This document shows positions 35,314-45,670 of a stretch of 64,000 nt of DNA, in pieces (the first letter of the stretch is position 1; each line of letters opens with the position of its first letter). The stretch lies in IMG/VR virus record IMGVR_UViG_3300010885_025649, positions 62,001 to 126,000 of that record; one strand, given 5' to 3'. The notes under the pieces were generated by a model. The model was given only the letters and a program-made list of their open reading frames with translations. It had not been told where the DNA came from and made no database searches. The position numbers and the translations under genes are program-made.

Positions 35314-35541
35314 TTAAGGAGCAATTCCTGTATTCCAATTACGATGGAAATCATCAGAGTTATATGCAGCAATATAATCATCATATACCGTACCTAATAA
35401 CTTCCTAAGCATCTGATCTATAACCCATTGTTTATGGTTAGCACCATCAATACTTCCATATTCAAGGGCCACATCAACAGCTTCATAAACTCTATCTAGT
35501 GGATCATTACCATCTCTATCTATTCGGTCATCATAGTCCAT
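35314..35541 (-). CDS. Conserved phage hypothetical protein (YGSIDG.HHKQWVIDQM…GIAP type)
   Basis: Recognisable motif; GAGGA RBS. Confidence 0.6.
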   Translation of the reverse strand: MDYDDRIDRDGNDPLDRVYEAVDVALEYGSIDGANHKQWVIDQMLRKLLGTVYDDYIAAYNSDDFHRNWNTGIAP

Positions 35542-35869
35542 GTAGAATCCTCTAATTAATTAATAGAAATTGAGTATTGGGAATCAAGTTGCGATTGAAA
35601 GAAGTACTTTGGATAAACACTTCATAACTACCTTTAGTACCACTCGCTGGAGAAATCTTAGTAGCTTGTCCAATAGGCAAACCCAGTAGACTCCTTGCTT
35701 CATTGCCGCTATAAACCTTACCACTAATGGTATGACAAACAGCAATCTTTTTATTTGCTGTGAGAGTTTCAGATTTAGTTAGCTGATAAATTGCTGTGTA
35801 GCTAACATTGTCATGTTCTTCTCCTATTTAAACATCATCAGGATTCATTAGTAAAACTCATGGTATAAG

Positions 35870-36556
35870 TTAGATCTCTAAAACTACATCAACAGGATTA
35901 GTAGCATTACAAATTACTCTAGTATCATAGGCTTCATAGTCACAAGGAGTATGGGTGTGCCCGTGGAGCCAGAATTTAGGTTTATTACTTTGGATAATAT
36001 CCGCGCAGTTATTTACATAAGCGGTATTAGTAGGCTGATTCACATATTCTCTAGCAACACTTGCCCAAGTAGGTAAGTAGTGGGTTAATACCACATCCCC
36101 TTCTTGGATAGCATTCCTTAAGTAATTCCTATGAACAAGTCCTAGAAGTACAAACTCCTCATAGCTTAAGCCAATATATTTAGAATCATTAATTTGAGTT
36201 CTAATCATCTGTTGTTCATGCCAAGAATTTGTAGGGCCGTACCACAAAGTACATCCCACAAATCTCTGATTATTAATAGTAACAGTCTTACCCAAATCTA
36301 ATAAATGAAAGTTACTATACTCACTATCTAAAGTATAAAGCAGCTCTTGTACTCTTTGATAAGTACTTCCATAGTATTCATGGTTGCCTGCTACATACAC
36401 GATATGGTCATAGTTATCACACCAATAAGGAACAATACTTTGTAGTTGATACGCCGCCGCAATATCTCCTACTGCAAGTAAATTAGGTGCGGCAATATTA
36501 GGTAGCACATTCTTACGATGCTCAAGGTGGGTATCTGAATACACTTGGCATTGCAT
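35870..36556 (-). CDS. Calcineurin-like metallophosphoesterase
   Basis: SDTHLE, VGDI, AGNHEYY, LTHYLP, WLHGHTH; start MQCQVY at 36556. Confidence 0.88.
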   Translation of the reverse strand: MQCQVYSDTHLEHRKNVLPNIAAPNLLAVGDIAAAYQLQSIVPYWCDNYDHIVYVAGNHEYYGSTYQRVQELLYTLDSEYSNFHLLDLGKTVTINNQRFVGCTLWYGPTNSWHEQQMIRTQINDSKYIGLSYEEFVLLGLVHRNYLRNAIQEGDVVLTHYLPTWASVAREYVNQPTNTAYVNNCADIIQSNKPKFWLHGHTHTPCDYEAYDTRVICNATNPVDVVLEI

Positions 36557-36583
36557 GTTAAATTCCTTTGGAGTTGAGTGAAA

Positions 36584-36655
36584 TGGGTCTGACAGGACTC
36601 GAACCTGCAACAACCTCCGTGTAGGGGAGGGACTCTACCATTGAGCTACAGACCC
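36584..36655 (-). tRNA. tRNA-Val(TAC)
   Basis: GGGTCTG/CAGACCC-A; CCTCC-CCTACAC-GGAGG (C at position 33). Confidence 0.85.
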
Positions 36656-36722
36656 AGGAAATTACTAACAGTATCACCCATAGTTAGTAATTGAATTGCA
36701 TGGAGGTAACGTGGTGAAAACT

Positions 36723-37337
36723 TTAATTAGTAAATTCTAAACCTCTACCTATTATATCATCTTCTAGGTTTAATGGTTGGTGTTCTCTTAACCAAGTTAA
36801 TTCTTTAATAGCTTCTTCTTCAGTAGCAACTTCCAGACTATAACTCCAGTCATCTAAACCGCCCAGATAAACTCTCCATGTTTTCGCATGTACGTTAGGA
36901 GTTTGAATATAAACATAGACATATTGATCTTCAGATTCCTCAGAATCTTTAAAAGCAGAAACCCAGGAATCATCATCAAATAATAAGAACTCCCCAGTAC
37001 GCGAATTCCCATAACCGGGGCGATCTTGCATCCAACAAGGCAATCCTAATTTAGTTAGCTTAGGTTTACCTGCTTGGGAAAACTTAGCTAATATATCTAA
37101 TAGTTTATTACTATCAGACATATAACGATGCCATAATATTTCTGGATTCTCTTGTGCTTCTGAGTCACCACATACAGTAGATAACCAATTGAATCCGGGT
37201 AATGCATAATTATAATGAAAGTTATACTGCTCGGGAATATACTGCAGGTACAATATAACCCGAGTAGTAACTTCATAACTAAGCTTTTCAATCTTCATGC
37301 TATTTACGAAGAGATCATTCTTAAACTTGAATAACAT
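36723..37337 (-). CDS. Hypothetical protein
   Basis: 204-aa ORF in the operon. Confidence 0.5.
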   Translation of the reverse strand: MLFKFKNDLFVNSMKIEKLSYEVTTRVILYLQYIPEQYNFHYNYALPGFNWLSTVCGDSEAQENPEILWHRYMSDSNKLLDILAKFSQAGKPKLTKLGLPCWMQDRPGYGNSRTGEFLLFDDDSWVSAFKDSEESEDQYVYVYIQTPNVHAKTWRVYLGGLDDWSYSLEVATEEEAIKELTWLREHQPLNLEDDIIGRGLEFTN

Positions 37338-37341
37338 TTAT

Positions 37342-38304
37342 TTAACCAATCGTATGATACTTATCTTTAAATGGGCCAACTAACTCTCGCACTTTATCTA
37401 AAACATAATCCCAATCTTCTATATTCTTAGGATCATAATAGACATATTGCGCCAGCTTTTCCGCCGGATAATCATTGCTATTGTATTTCTGCACTAATTC
37501 TGCAATTATTGCATCCACTTCTTCAAAGTACGCGGTGTCATCCACATCCTCATCTTCCATCTCATCAAAGTCACCACTAAACCGATTAGGTCTTTCATAC
37601 AGGGTTTCATCCAAACGAGGGCGTTCACAAATCGCAACCACTTCAAACCTACACACGCGCATCTTCTGCCCGTTATAATCTGTAGGTACTGCTACTACAT
37701 CTTTAGGATTAACTTTAACTTCCATAGTATAACCATCTGAAGCAAAGTTATGTGCATATTCATAAGCAGCTACGTGAAGCCCTTTAGAACAAGTACGATT
37801 AGGATTATCATCTACTTCTGATCTGGGCATTGCACAAACTGCACCCACAGAATTATCAAAGGTGTGTGTATGACGATCTTTAAACTCTTTAGTAACCCCT
37901 CTATAAGCAATGAAGCAACCATCTTCTGTTAAGGGGTGCCCATTCTGCTCAAGGAATGTAAATAGTTGTTGTCTAGAATTATAACTAGGATTCTTCTTTA
38001 AGTTATCCCAGAATAATAATAGATTATCAAAAGGTAATCCTTCTCTATAGAAAGCTAAGATTCTATCGTGTAATGCTGTAGGAATTTCCTCACCAGCTTT
38101 AGTAAAGATTTTACCATCTGTAACTACAATACCTTGTTGTTCTAATTGTTCTACAACATTTAATAATCCAGGAATCTTATCTAACTCTTTATTCTTAATA
38201 GCTTCATATACAGAAGCATATCTATTATCACCTTTAGTTAAGCTAACAGTTTTACCATCATAGTTAAGGATGATACTACTATTAGTAATCATATAATTTA
38301 CCAT
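37342..38304 (-). CDS. rIIB: RIIB-like protein
   Basis: DGCFIAYRGV, DNSVG…MPRSEVDDNPNRTCSKGLH, VKVNPKDVVAVPTDYNGQKMRVCRFEV. Confidence 0.9.
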   Translation of the reverse strand: MVNYMITNSSIILNYDGKTVSLTKGDNRYASVYEAIKNKELDKIPGLLNVVEQLEQQGIVVTDGKIFTKAGEEIPTALHDRILAFYREGLPFDNLLLFWDNLKKNPSYNSRQQLFTFLEQNGHPLTEDGCFIAYRGVTKEFKDRHTHTFDNSVGAVCAMPRSEVDDNPNRTCSKGLHVAAYEYAHNFASDGYTMEVKVNPKDVVAVPTDYNGQKMRVCRFEVVAICERPRLDETLYERPNRFSGDFDEMEDEDVDDTAYFEEVDAIIAELVQKYNSNDYPAEKLAQYVYYDPKNIEDWDYVLDKVRELVGPFKDKYHTIG

Positions 38305-38306
38305 AT

Positions 38307-38933
38307 TTATATACTCCAGTGTTTAGTTAGACCAATTCTTAATAAACTAGCTACATCTTGTGCATCTGCAACCGCTGTATGTTCCACAGATTTCTGTGTG
38401 CCTGCTCTATCTAAACAAGTTTGTAGGCTAGGCAGGAATTCATCATCTGGTAATACAAAATAAGGTGCAGGATCCATTACTCTACGTCTAAACATATCAA
38501 AGTTATCATTTAGTTTAGCTTTTAGCCAAGGTAAATCAAACCCTGCTACATTCTTACCAGCTACATTAAATTTAGTTCCACCTAAATCTTTAGATAATTT
38601 TAGAGCAATATAGTTCTTTACTTCTTGTCTAGTAATAACATTAGGATCAACTAGTTTAAATGTATCTACATCCATATTAACATATATAACATTAGGAAGT
38701 AATGCACCTCCTTGAACTACATATTCAATATGTTCAATTAGTTCTTTATTTAAATTAAGAGCATAAGATTGCCCAATAATAGTTTTATATAAGAATATAA
38801 ATCTGTATGTGGGAAGTTCTGCTACTGCTATATCTTTATTATTATCTACTACAATTCCTAATTCTAATAGAAGACCCCATTCTGGTTCTATAGATGAGGT
38901 TTCTATATCAATAGAAGCATATTTTAATTTCAT
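38307..38933 (-). CDS. DEDDh 3'-5' exonuclease (DnaQ-like)
   Basis: SIDIETS, GKNVAGFDLPWL, HTAVADAQD. Confidence 0.85.
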   Translation of the reverse strand: MKLKYASIDIETSSIEPEWGLLLELGIVVDNNKDIAVAELPTYRFIFLYKTIIGQSYALNLNKELIEHIEYVVQGGALLPNVIYVNMDVDTFKLVDPNVITRQEVKNYIALKLSKDLGGTKFNVAGKNVAGFDLPWLKAKLNDNFDMFRRRVMDPAPYFVLPDDEFLPSLQTCLDRAGTQKSVEHTAVADAQDVASLLRIGLTKHWSI

Positions 38934-41002
38934 TAATTAATATCCTTTAAAACTTTAGTCTCATATACATAATTAAAATAGTCTATAACATCGTCTAATT
39001 GTTGGATATTATAACACCTAATAGCCTCCAACAAAGTATAATACTTATTAATTCTTTCTTCATAGCTATTAAGAAATTCAATCCCTTTAATATATCTTTC
39101 ATCTTTAATTACATCTGGAAATTCTTTAATTAAGTTAGGTACATAACATCTATACTCAATTAGTTCAGGAGTTCTTTGTAATAAAGGATCTTTAACTTTA
39201 CTAAGAATTTGTGGATTCTGCCCAAGTAAATTTAGTCCTGAGTTAAGTTTGTGTCGGAAAGTGTTAGATATTGTATTATTAACCAGACAAATTATATCAA
39301 GGTCTCTAATCTTAAAGGATTCTTTCCAGGTTTCAAACGGGATAAACTTATCTGTAGGAATAAGAGTCTTAGCAACTTCTTTAGAAACTTCTATAAAGAA
39401 ATATTCAGGATCAGTACCACCAAAATAATCTCCCACATCACAACCATTATACCCAGACATATAAACAATAGTCTTATTCGGATGGTCTTTTTGTATAGAT
39501 TTTAAAGAGCGGGTCTTTTTACCCCAAATATTAGTTAGTTTACATATAAAGTTCTGCTCAGAGTAATCTACCAACTCAGCAGCCCTTTTACTTCTTACTA
39601 CCGGGATATATTCTATAGTTTGTAAACTGGGTATTTCAAAAGCTTCTGCAAAAGTCTGAGCATAATTACCATCAAGAATATATACTGAGTCTGCTTCAGT
39701 ACTATTAAAGTAATTCCTAATTCTGGAATTCATTTTAATAGCGCTTTCATCTTCAGTAGTAAAAGCATGAGCAATTATTTGTGGGGAAAGTCTAACTCCA
39801 GAGTTCTTTACTAAATTCCTAGTCCCGCTGTTAGTAACTTCGATACTATATTCAGTTACAAATACGTGAGAATCTTTAGGTAAAATAATAGCTTCCTGAC
39901 TAAAGGTAAACCCCTTGAAAGTAACCGGAGGCATTACAAATTCTGTAAATAAACTATTGCAAGTTAATACAGCTTCTCTTAAAGTAGCACACTTATTTAT
40001 CTGTTCAGTACAATAAGATGTAATAAACGCCATAGTGTTAGTAGCTATTTTAGTAATAACATTTCGGTTATTAGTAGAGTCATCTATCTTTTCTCTACCG
40101 GGGCCTAATACAATTAAACCTGTAGGAATTTTTATAAAGAGCTGTCTTTCTTTCTTAAAGTAATTTCTTAATGTATGTACTTCAGGAATCTTATCTTCAA
40201 GTTCTGAAGTAATAGGATAGATAATACCATCAATAACTAATACAATAGGAGCATCTATTCTGCCTTGTCTACCATAATAACTATTATCATTAACTATAGT
40301 AGGATTAACTATAGCAAATAAAGAACTCTTAGAAGCTGTTAATAATAAATTATGTACAGTAAACCCAGTAACTTTCTCAACGTTAATATTATTTAACTTG
40401 GGTTGTTCCTGCTTATCCCAAAGAATACAAGCTCTTGTAATAGCCATAGTGAATTCTTTGATGTCACTATTAGCCACAGCAATTTGAACTTCAGTTCCAT
40501 TAGGTTCATTAGTATACTCACAAGATACTAAATCAAGTTGCCCGATATTAGTATCACCAAGATGTGCATAATAAGTATACTTTTGGTTTAGATATCTGGT
40601 AATAATTACAAAAGCGCTTGTATAAGCCCATGCTGATTTAGAACCAATTCCATATCCACCGGTTTCATTATTACTTCCGCGTTTAGTAGAAGCACAATAC
40701 TTTACAAAGACTTCTTTAACTCTTTCAGGAGATAATCCGGGGCCATAATCTTTAACAGTAAAAGTAGGTTCAAATACCGTAGGAGCAGTAACTTCTATAG
40801 GTTTAGTTTGATTAATCTCTCTATGTGCATCTCTAGCATTACACATATATTCTTGAACAAGAGTTCTGATTTTAAATTCATATAGTTTATTTCTAAGAAT
40901 ATCAATAATAACTTCAAAAGAGTTCTCATCAATACCAAAATCTAATGATTGCGCTGGAATAAAATTACTATCTAATTTATTATTCGTAGCTGTTAATAGC
41001 AT
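38933..41002 (-). CDS. rIIA: RIIA-like protein (N-terminal GHKL ATPase)
   Basis: LYE.KIRTLVQEYMCNARDAH, VKDYGPGLS, STKR.SN.ETGGYGIGSKS, NGTEV. Confidence 0.9.
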   Translation of the reverse strand: MLLTATNNKLDSNFIPAQSLDFGIDENSFEVIIDILRNKLYEFKIRTLVQEYMCNARDAHREINQTKPIEVTAPTVFEPTFTVKDYGPGLSPERVKEVFVKYCASTKRGSNNETGGYGIGSKSAWAYTSAFVIITRYLNQKYTYYAHLGDTNIGQLDLVSCEYTNEPNGTEVQIAVANSDIKEFTMAITRACILWDKQEQPKLNNINVEKVTGFTVHNLLLTASKSSLFAIVNPTIVNDNSYYGRQGRIDAPIVLVIDGIIYPITSELEDKIPEVHTLRNYFKKERQLFIKIPTGLIVLGPGREKIDDSTNNRNVITKIATNTMAFITSYCTEQINKCATLREAVLTCNSLFTEFVMPPVTFKGFTFSQEAIILPKDSHVFVTEYSIEVTNSGTRNLVKNSGVRLSPQIIAHAFTTEDESAIKMNSRIRNYFNSTEADSVYILDGNYAQTFAEAFEIPSLQTIEYIPVVRSKRAAELVDYSEQNFICKLTNIWGKKTRSLKSIQKDHPNKTIVYMSGYNGCDVGDYFGGTDPEYFFIEVSKEVAKTLIPTDKFIPFETWKESFKIRDLDIICLVNNTISNTFRHKLNSGLNLLGQNPQILSKVKDPLLQRTPELIEYRCYVPNLIKEFPDVIKDERYIKGIEFLNSYEERINKYYTLLEAIRCYNIQQLDDVIDYFNYVYETKVLKDIN

Positions 41003-41007
41003 AACTT

Positions 41008-41196
41008 TTATATATCCTCTATATTTCTATCTAATATTAACTTACCTGTAGGTTCCATCTTAAACCTAACATACTGTTCTTCAGTAAGCACCGCTACTTG
41101 AGGATGAAACACAAAGTATAGCGGCGCGGTACTATCCACAATAACATCATATTGATTTAATAAATCTTTAAACTTATTTATAAATTCCTGACTCAT
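41008..41196 (-). CDS. Hypothetical protein
   Basis: ORF tiles the operon. Confidence 0.4.
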   Translation of the reverse strand: MSQEFINKFKDLLNQYDVIVDSTAPLYFVFHPQVAVLTEEQYVRFKMEPTGKLILDRNIEDI

Positions 41197-41202
41197 ATAT
41201 TA

Positions 41203-41730
41203 TTATTCTTTCAATTCCTGATAAGCCTTTAATACTTCCGGAATAGGAGTATAGAAAGCAGGAATAGTATTATATTTTATATTATGTGTATCTAACATAT
41301 CTTTAATTTCTTTATCCTTTTGTATAGCTTCTGTAAGAGATTGAACTCTACCTTCTTGTTGATAAACTCCGAAGTCAGTTCTATTAATATAGAAGTTACA
41401 ATTATCATGTAAATTAAATAGATCTAATACAAATGCATCAAAGCTTTTAGGTAACTTAGGGGACTTATAAACTAATCCATAAAGTATAGAGCTATCTATA
41501 ATAGCAATCTCTACTTTATCTAATACTCTAAAGATTCTATGATACTGATTCCCTAAGATTAATACTTGATTATTAAGTAGATCTAAAGCTCCATCCCAAA
41601 CATAATCTTTAGGAACTTCTGTAATTAATTCACAGTTTATATGTTGCTTTTTAATCGCAGCAAAAAGTTCTGCCGCCATTGTAGATTTACCTGTACCCGG
41701 GCCAGCAAATAAGTTAACTAATAATGTCAT
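41203..41730 (-). CDS. P-loop NTPase/kinase (AAA_28, NadR-like)
   Basis: NLFAGPGTGKST…ITEVPK…IIDSS…QEGR. Confidence 0.75.
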   Translation of the reverse strand: MTLLVNLFAGPGTGKSTMAAELFAAIKKQHINCELITEVPKDYVWDGALDLLNNQVLILGNQYHRIFRVLDKVEIAIIDSSILYGLVYKSPKLPKSFDAFVLDLFNLHDNCNFYINRTDFGVYQQEGRVQSLTEAIQKDKEIKDMLDTHNIKYNTIPAFYTPIPEVLKAYQELKE

Positions 41731-41780
41731 ATAACATACCTAAATATTTATTAGATATATTATAGCATTTAACAAGAGGA

Positions 41781-42047
41781 TCAACTAGCTAAGTGTTCAA
41801 AACCTTCATCAACCAAGTGTGCAAAGATATCTAAAGCTTCTTCTTCTGTAATAGTATCTGAGTCCTGAATACAGTTCCAGCTACCATTAGTAACCTCTAC
41901 CAAATTCCAATTCCGCAATTCCATTAACTGATTGTTAACGGTACGTTTAGACATTTGTAAACCAGCGGCAATCTGATCAGGGGTTTGATCATGATTATTA
42001 AACAGGTAAAGGTAAATCGATTTTAAAGGCGTTAGATCTGTGAACAC
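41781..42047 (-). CDS. Winged-HTH DNA-binding protein
   Basis: TPDQIAAGLQMSKRTVNNQLMELRNWNLV. Confidence 0.65.
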   Translation of the reverse strand: MFTDLTPLKSIYLYLFNNHDQTPDQIAAGLQMSKRTVNNQLMELRNWNLVEVTNGSWNCIQDSDTITEEEALDIFAHLVDEGFEHLAS

Positions 42048-42227
42048 AATTCCTCATCATTCAACGGCGACAACAAACTCATCTTTGTAAACTTCATTCC
42101 AATGTTTATATCTATTAGAATTTCTATGTTTATTATATTCAAACTTCTTACCATGAAGCCGGTACACAAATAGCACCGGCCCCAACTGTAATTTATATTC
42201 CGCACCAAAAGAAAACCGGCACATTTA

Positions 42228-42548
42228 TTATCGTTTATCTTTCTTATTCAACGCTTGTTTCCAAGAACTAAATGTCTTATTACTAATAGGACAACTAATA
42301 ATATTATTCCTAAGCGGGGCAGCGACCTTTCCATCAGCAGTAAACCGCCGAGTCTTGCCCGTCTTAGTCGTAATAATATCAGCCATACTTACTTTCTTAG
42401 GACTAATCTGCGCTAAGAAATCATTAAAGGTTAAATTAGACGGCATAATAAAACCGGAGCTACTATGTGCTCCTACTTGATTAACACCTGCCCAAGAAGC
42501 ATTATGAAATTTGTCTCTAATCAGTAATTTACGACGGCTCATTTTCAA
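42228..42548 (-). CDS. Hypothetical basic protein
   Basis: ORF; start uncertain. Confidence 0.45.
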   Translation of the reverse strand: MKMSRRKLLIRDKFHNASWAGVNQVGAHSSSGFIMPSNLTFNDFLAQISPKKVSMADIITTKTGKTRRFTADGKVAAPLRNNIISCPISNKTFSSWKQALNKKDKR

Positions 42549-42558
42549 TTCCTTTTAG

Positions 42559-42834
42559 TTAATCTTCTTCATCATCTTCATCAATATACTTATCTAACTT
42601 TTCAACAGTCCAACCAGAACTTATAAATTCTTCATAGTAACATTCAAGTTGTTCTATTTGTTCAAGCATAGACTCTTGTTGAGATTCAGTAGCTTCATAT
42701 GAAATAGTAAATGTATATTTACTTAATTGAGTATCATAGTCATCATCTTCTTTCTCAGACACTACAGGTTTAGTTACTGGAGCCACTATTAAAGCTTTAG
42801 ATGGCCGCACTATATTAATTTTAATCTCGGGCAT
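42559..42834 (-). CDS. Acidic hypothetical protein
   Basis: ORF tiles the operon. Confidence 0.45.
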   Translation of the reverse strand: MPEIKINIVRPSKALIVAPVTKPVVSEKEDDDYDTQLSKYTFTISYEATESQQESMLEQIEQLECYYEEFISSGWTVEKLDKYIDEDDEED

Positions 42835-42839
42835 AATAA

Positions 42840-43184
42840 TTATTCCTCTATAATATAATTAAAATCAGCAAGATAACCAGTATTTTCATAATCCTCTAAT
42901 ACACTCAGAAGAGCCGCATTAAATGGTGTCTGTGAGGCTTCTTTATTAGTATCTTTCTTAGTTATATCTACTATTACTCTACAAACAACTTCAAAGTTCT
43001 TAAAGTCGCCCTTTGCTTCTAATATAGTAGGGATAGCTTTTATATCATCAACAAATCCCCAAGCATCTTCTGCATCTGTAAAGTCTTTAGAAATAATAGC
43101 TGTATGTGTATATACTTTATCTGGTACTTTAGTTAGACCTTTAGGAGGCCATACTACATTAATATTTAATTCTGTTAAATTCAT
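42840..43184 (-). CDS. Hypothetical protein whose ATGA start overlaps the IsrB stop
   Basis: ORF; N-terminus INVVWPPK resembles INIVRPSK of the next gene. Confidence 0.5.
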   Translation of the reverse strand: MNLTELNINVVWPPKGLTKVPDKVYTHTAIISKDFTDAEDAWGFVDDIKAIPTILEAKGDFKNFEVVCRVIVDITKKDTNKEASQTPFNAALLSVLEDYENTGYLADFNYIIEE

Positions 43185-44323
43185 CTAAAATTCTGCGTGG
43201 AGACCCGCACTGTACCTGTAGTCAGGTCAGTGTCGGGAGGAAACGCAGTCCTCCTTGTATGGTTTACTAATAAATTGCAAGAACGAGAAATAAGTCTCGT
43301 ATTTTTAGCAGTAATGCCCTGCTTAAGTCTTTGACGTTTCGGAAATATTTGATAGAGGTCGCAAGCAGAAACAATCCCAATTAAGTGAAGTTTCTTAGTG
43401 CGATACTCAACCTTGTCTCCGTTTCTGTATGGATGGGTAGATTCAAATCCTCCATAACTATCGCGTCTACCACCTTTGTTAACAGTTAGGTCGTGCATCT
43501 TTCTAGGTCGATTACCTAGTCTAGATAGCACCAGGAAATTAAAGTTAGTTACCTTAACTTCTCCTATCCAGTCAGCACTGTTAGTTAGATTTGAAACTGT
43601 GTACCTAATGAAATGTCTAGCTGCTAAGCTAACACCATCATTAGCATGAGCAGTAGGAGACTGTTCGGCTTTGTTCTTTGACTTAACTAAACCAAGATAT
43701 TGCCGTGTATTAGAAGTCTCATACCCTTTCACCAAATGCACCTTCGTAAATTGATTTAATACTGAAACTAACCAATTCTGTCCTTGTGCGGCTCTTGAAA
43801 AAGCTGGACTGTAAGACTTATTCAGCATCTCTACATACACATGGCTGATTGGATAAATGGCAAACAGTTCTTTGATTACCCGTAATTCTAGCTGTTTAGA
43901 AGCCAGAATGCTAGGCGGAATCTTTGACTGTCTACGATTATTAAATCGTTTCTGCCTATGGTTGCGTAACTTGAATGGAAGATTACGCTTGATGCGTCTA
44001 CCCCTGCGAGTTCGACGCAGTACAGCCCTTTCACTCATTCGCCTTGACACTTCCTTGCGGGGTAGATTTAGGTTGAGTCCCACTAAGGTTTCGTGCTTGG
44101 ATTGTACGGCTAACCCTGTAAAACTACTGCCTGGGTCTACTCCTAGTGCCATGTCTTGTAACTGATTACCCGAAGATTGAGTTAGCTGAATTTGGAAGAT
44201 GCTTAGGTCGTTATGCACTACCTTTGCTTTTCCCTCTGCTAGCCACCTTCTCGCCCTAGATGCCTTAGTTGGCATTAGAGGGTTTCCGTCTACACTTAAT
44301 ACCGCTACTCTTTTGTTTAACAT
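43181..44323 (-). CDS. isrB: IsrB (HNH-less IscB relative; OMEGA nickase)
   Basis: PLMP motif; RuvC-I GVDPGS; bridge helix RRTRRGRR; RuvC-II VYVEM; RuvC-III HANDG; no HNH insert; 380 aa. Confidence 0.85.
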   Translation of the reverse strand: MLNKRVAVLSVDGNPLMPTKASRARRWLAEGKAKVVHNDLSIFQIQLTQSSGNQLQDMALGVDPGSSFTGLAVQSKHETLVGLNLNLPRKEVSRRMSERAVLRRTRRGRRIKRNLPFKLRNHRQKRFNNRRQSKIPPSILASKQLELRVIKELFAIYPISHVYVEMLNKSYSPAFSRAAQGQNWLVSVLNQFTKVHLVKGYETSNTRQYLGLVKSKNKAEQSPTAHANDGVSLAARHFIRYTVSNLTNSADWIGEVKVTNFNFLVLSRLGNRPRKMHDLTVNKGGRRDSYGGFESTHPYRNGDKVEYRTKKLHLIGIVSACDLYQIFPKRQRLKQGITAKNTRLISRSCNLLVNHTRRTAFPPDTDLTTGTVRVSTQNFR

Positions 44324-44329
44324 GATTGG

Positions 44330-44550
44330 AGATAATCCATAAATGTATTTGTCTTTCGACTACCTCTCGCCCACTATGTAGTCCGATTCTCAACAACTGA
44401 TTGAGTCAAACTGGGAACTTCTGCTTAGGTGGCACAGAAGGGAGTGTAAGGCTACATAGCTCTATGGGCTATTCAACTGTTTAGTCTTGCCTTCAGTGTT
44501 GCAAGCCCACGCTATAATCAGTCTTCTGATTTAGCGTTGGGTAGTTGACA
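44330..44550 (-). ncRNA. omegaRNA (HEARO-like) scaffold of IsrB
   Basis: About 220-nt non-coding leader with GTCAACTACCC, GGGCTTG, GTTGAATAGCC and GGGCGAGAGG motifs. Confidence 0.75.
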
Positions 44551-44564
44551 TCCTTATATTATTA

Positions 44565-45641
44565 CTACTCATACTCTCTTACAGAAATACCAGTACAGAA
44601 TTGTAAAGAGAAATCATCTGTATAAGCCTGGAATTTGACCGTAAGCATTTTACCTATTAAAGCTTTGCGCTCTAATAAATACTTTTGTTTTAGTTCAATA
44701 GGACCTTCAGGAGTTACATCACAGATACGCGGCGGAATAGTGTCATCTTCCGGATTAGGAATTAAGCATTTAAACTTACCTAAACCAGGGGCATTATCAC
44801 ACTCAACCACATCTATAATCTCAAACTCCTTATCTAAAAAGTCCTTATACTTTAATAAGTATTTAGATCTATAACCACATTCATAAAAGCCATCAGGAAT
44901 TCTAATCATGATTCCTTCATGACCTTGACCAACATATTTATTAAACTGTTCTTTAATATCTTCTATAGATCTAGCTATATTAGTTTCTATTAATTCTAAA
45001 TTACCCAGATGTTTATTAGCTTCATATACCGCTTGTAGCTCTGCTAATCTATCCGTGTATGAAATGTTTGGAATAACTAAATCATATATAGTATAGATTA
45101 ATAAAGGTGTAGTTTCTTTATAAGCTTTAACAGCAGAAACAGTATCTTGAAATGTATATGGAGGTGGGAGTTTAATCTCCCCATCCAGAATATAATCAGT
45201 ATCTATATCTAATTTAATAGCGCCGAATTCCAAACCTTTCTTAGAGTAAGCTCCTAAAGATTTAGACCAGCACATTCTTAATCCATTATATTTAGGTTGC
45301 GTATACACATACTCAGGAAGTTTATCTCCATAAGCATATGTCTGCGCTTTCATAGGTAAAGGTTTAATAGTAGATACTTCGCCTTCGGCAACATATCCAC
45401 TTTGTCTTTGCTCTAGCCACATAGATTCAGCTTCTTTAAGAGCTTGTTCTACTGGAGTAGTAGCATTCTTCTTACCTATATTTTTACCTTTACGTTGTGT
45501 GACTTTAGTTTGTACTTTACCATCTTGTTGCCAATAGCTAACATGGGTACAACCATCATCACTAACTTCAACTAACCAATACTTTAATTTACCTAACTTT
45601 GTATTGGCATGTAAAACAGGCCATTCTTTTATGATTGTCAT
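44565..45641 (-). CDS. ATP-dependent DNA ligase
   Basis: QPKYNGLR, LDGEI, YDL, EGIMIR, YRSKYLLKYKDF, TVKFQ. Confidence 0.92.
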   Translation of the reverse strand: MTIIKEWPVLHANTKLGKLKYWLVEVSDDGCTHVSYWQQDGKVQTKVTQRKGKNIGKKNATTPVEQALKEAESMWLEQRQSGYVAEGEVSTIKPLPMKAQTYAYGDKLPEYVYTQPKYNGLRMCWSKSLGAYSKKGLEFGAIKLDIDTDYILDGEIKLPPPYTFQDTVSAVKAYKETTPLLIYTIYDLVIPNISYTDRLAELQAVYEANKHLGNLELIETNIARSIEDIKEQFNKYVGQGHEGIMIRIPDGFYECGYRSKYLLKYKDFLDKEFEIIDVVECDNAPGLGKFKCLIPNPEDDTIPPRICDVTPEGPIELKQKYLLERKALIGKMLTVKFQAYTDDFSLQFCTGISVREYE

Positions 45642-45670
45642 CTATAATTTATTTAATATAATATGTTTAT

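Larger units (their letters stand above)
43181..44550 (-). mobile_element. IS200/IS605-family IsrB element
   Basis: 5' end GTCAACTACCC…GGGCTTG hairpin; 3' end TTCCTCCC…GGGTCTCCACGC; higher GC. Confidence 0.8.

Noticed and set aside
36557-36613. N-terminal extensions of ORFs running through tRNAs (35870-36613; also 25778-26407 and 54685-55143)
   Set aside because: The extensions translate tRNA sequence; downstream ATGs with RBS give the real starts.
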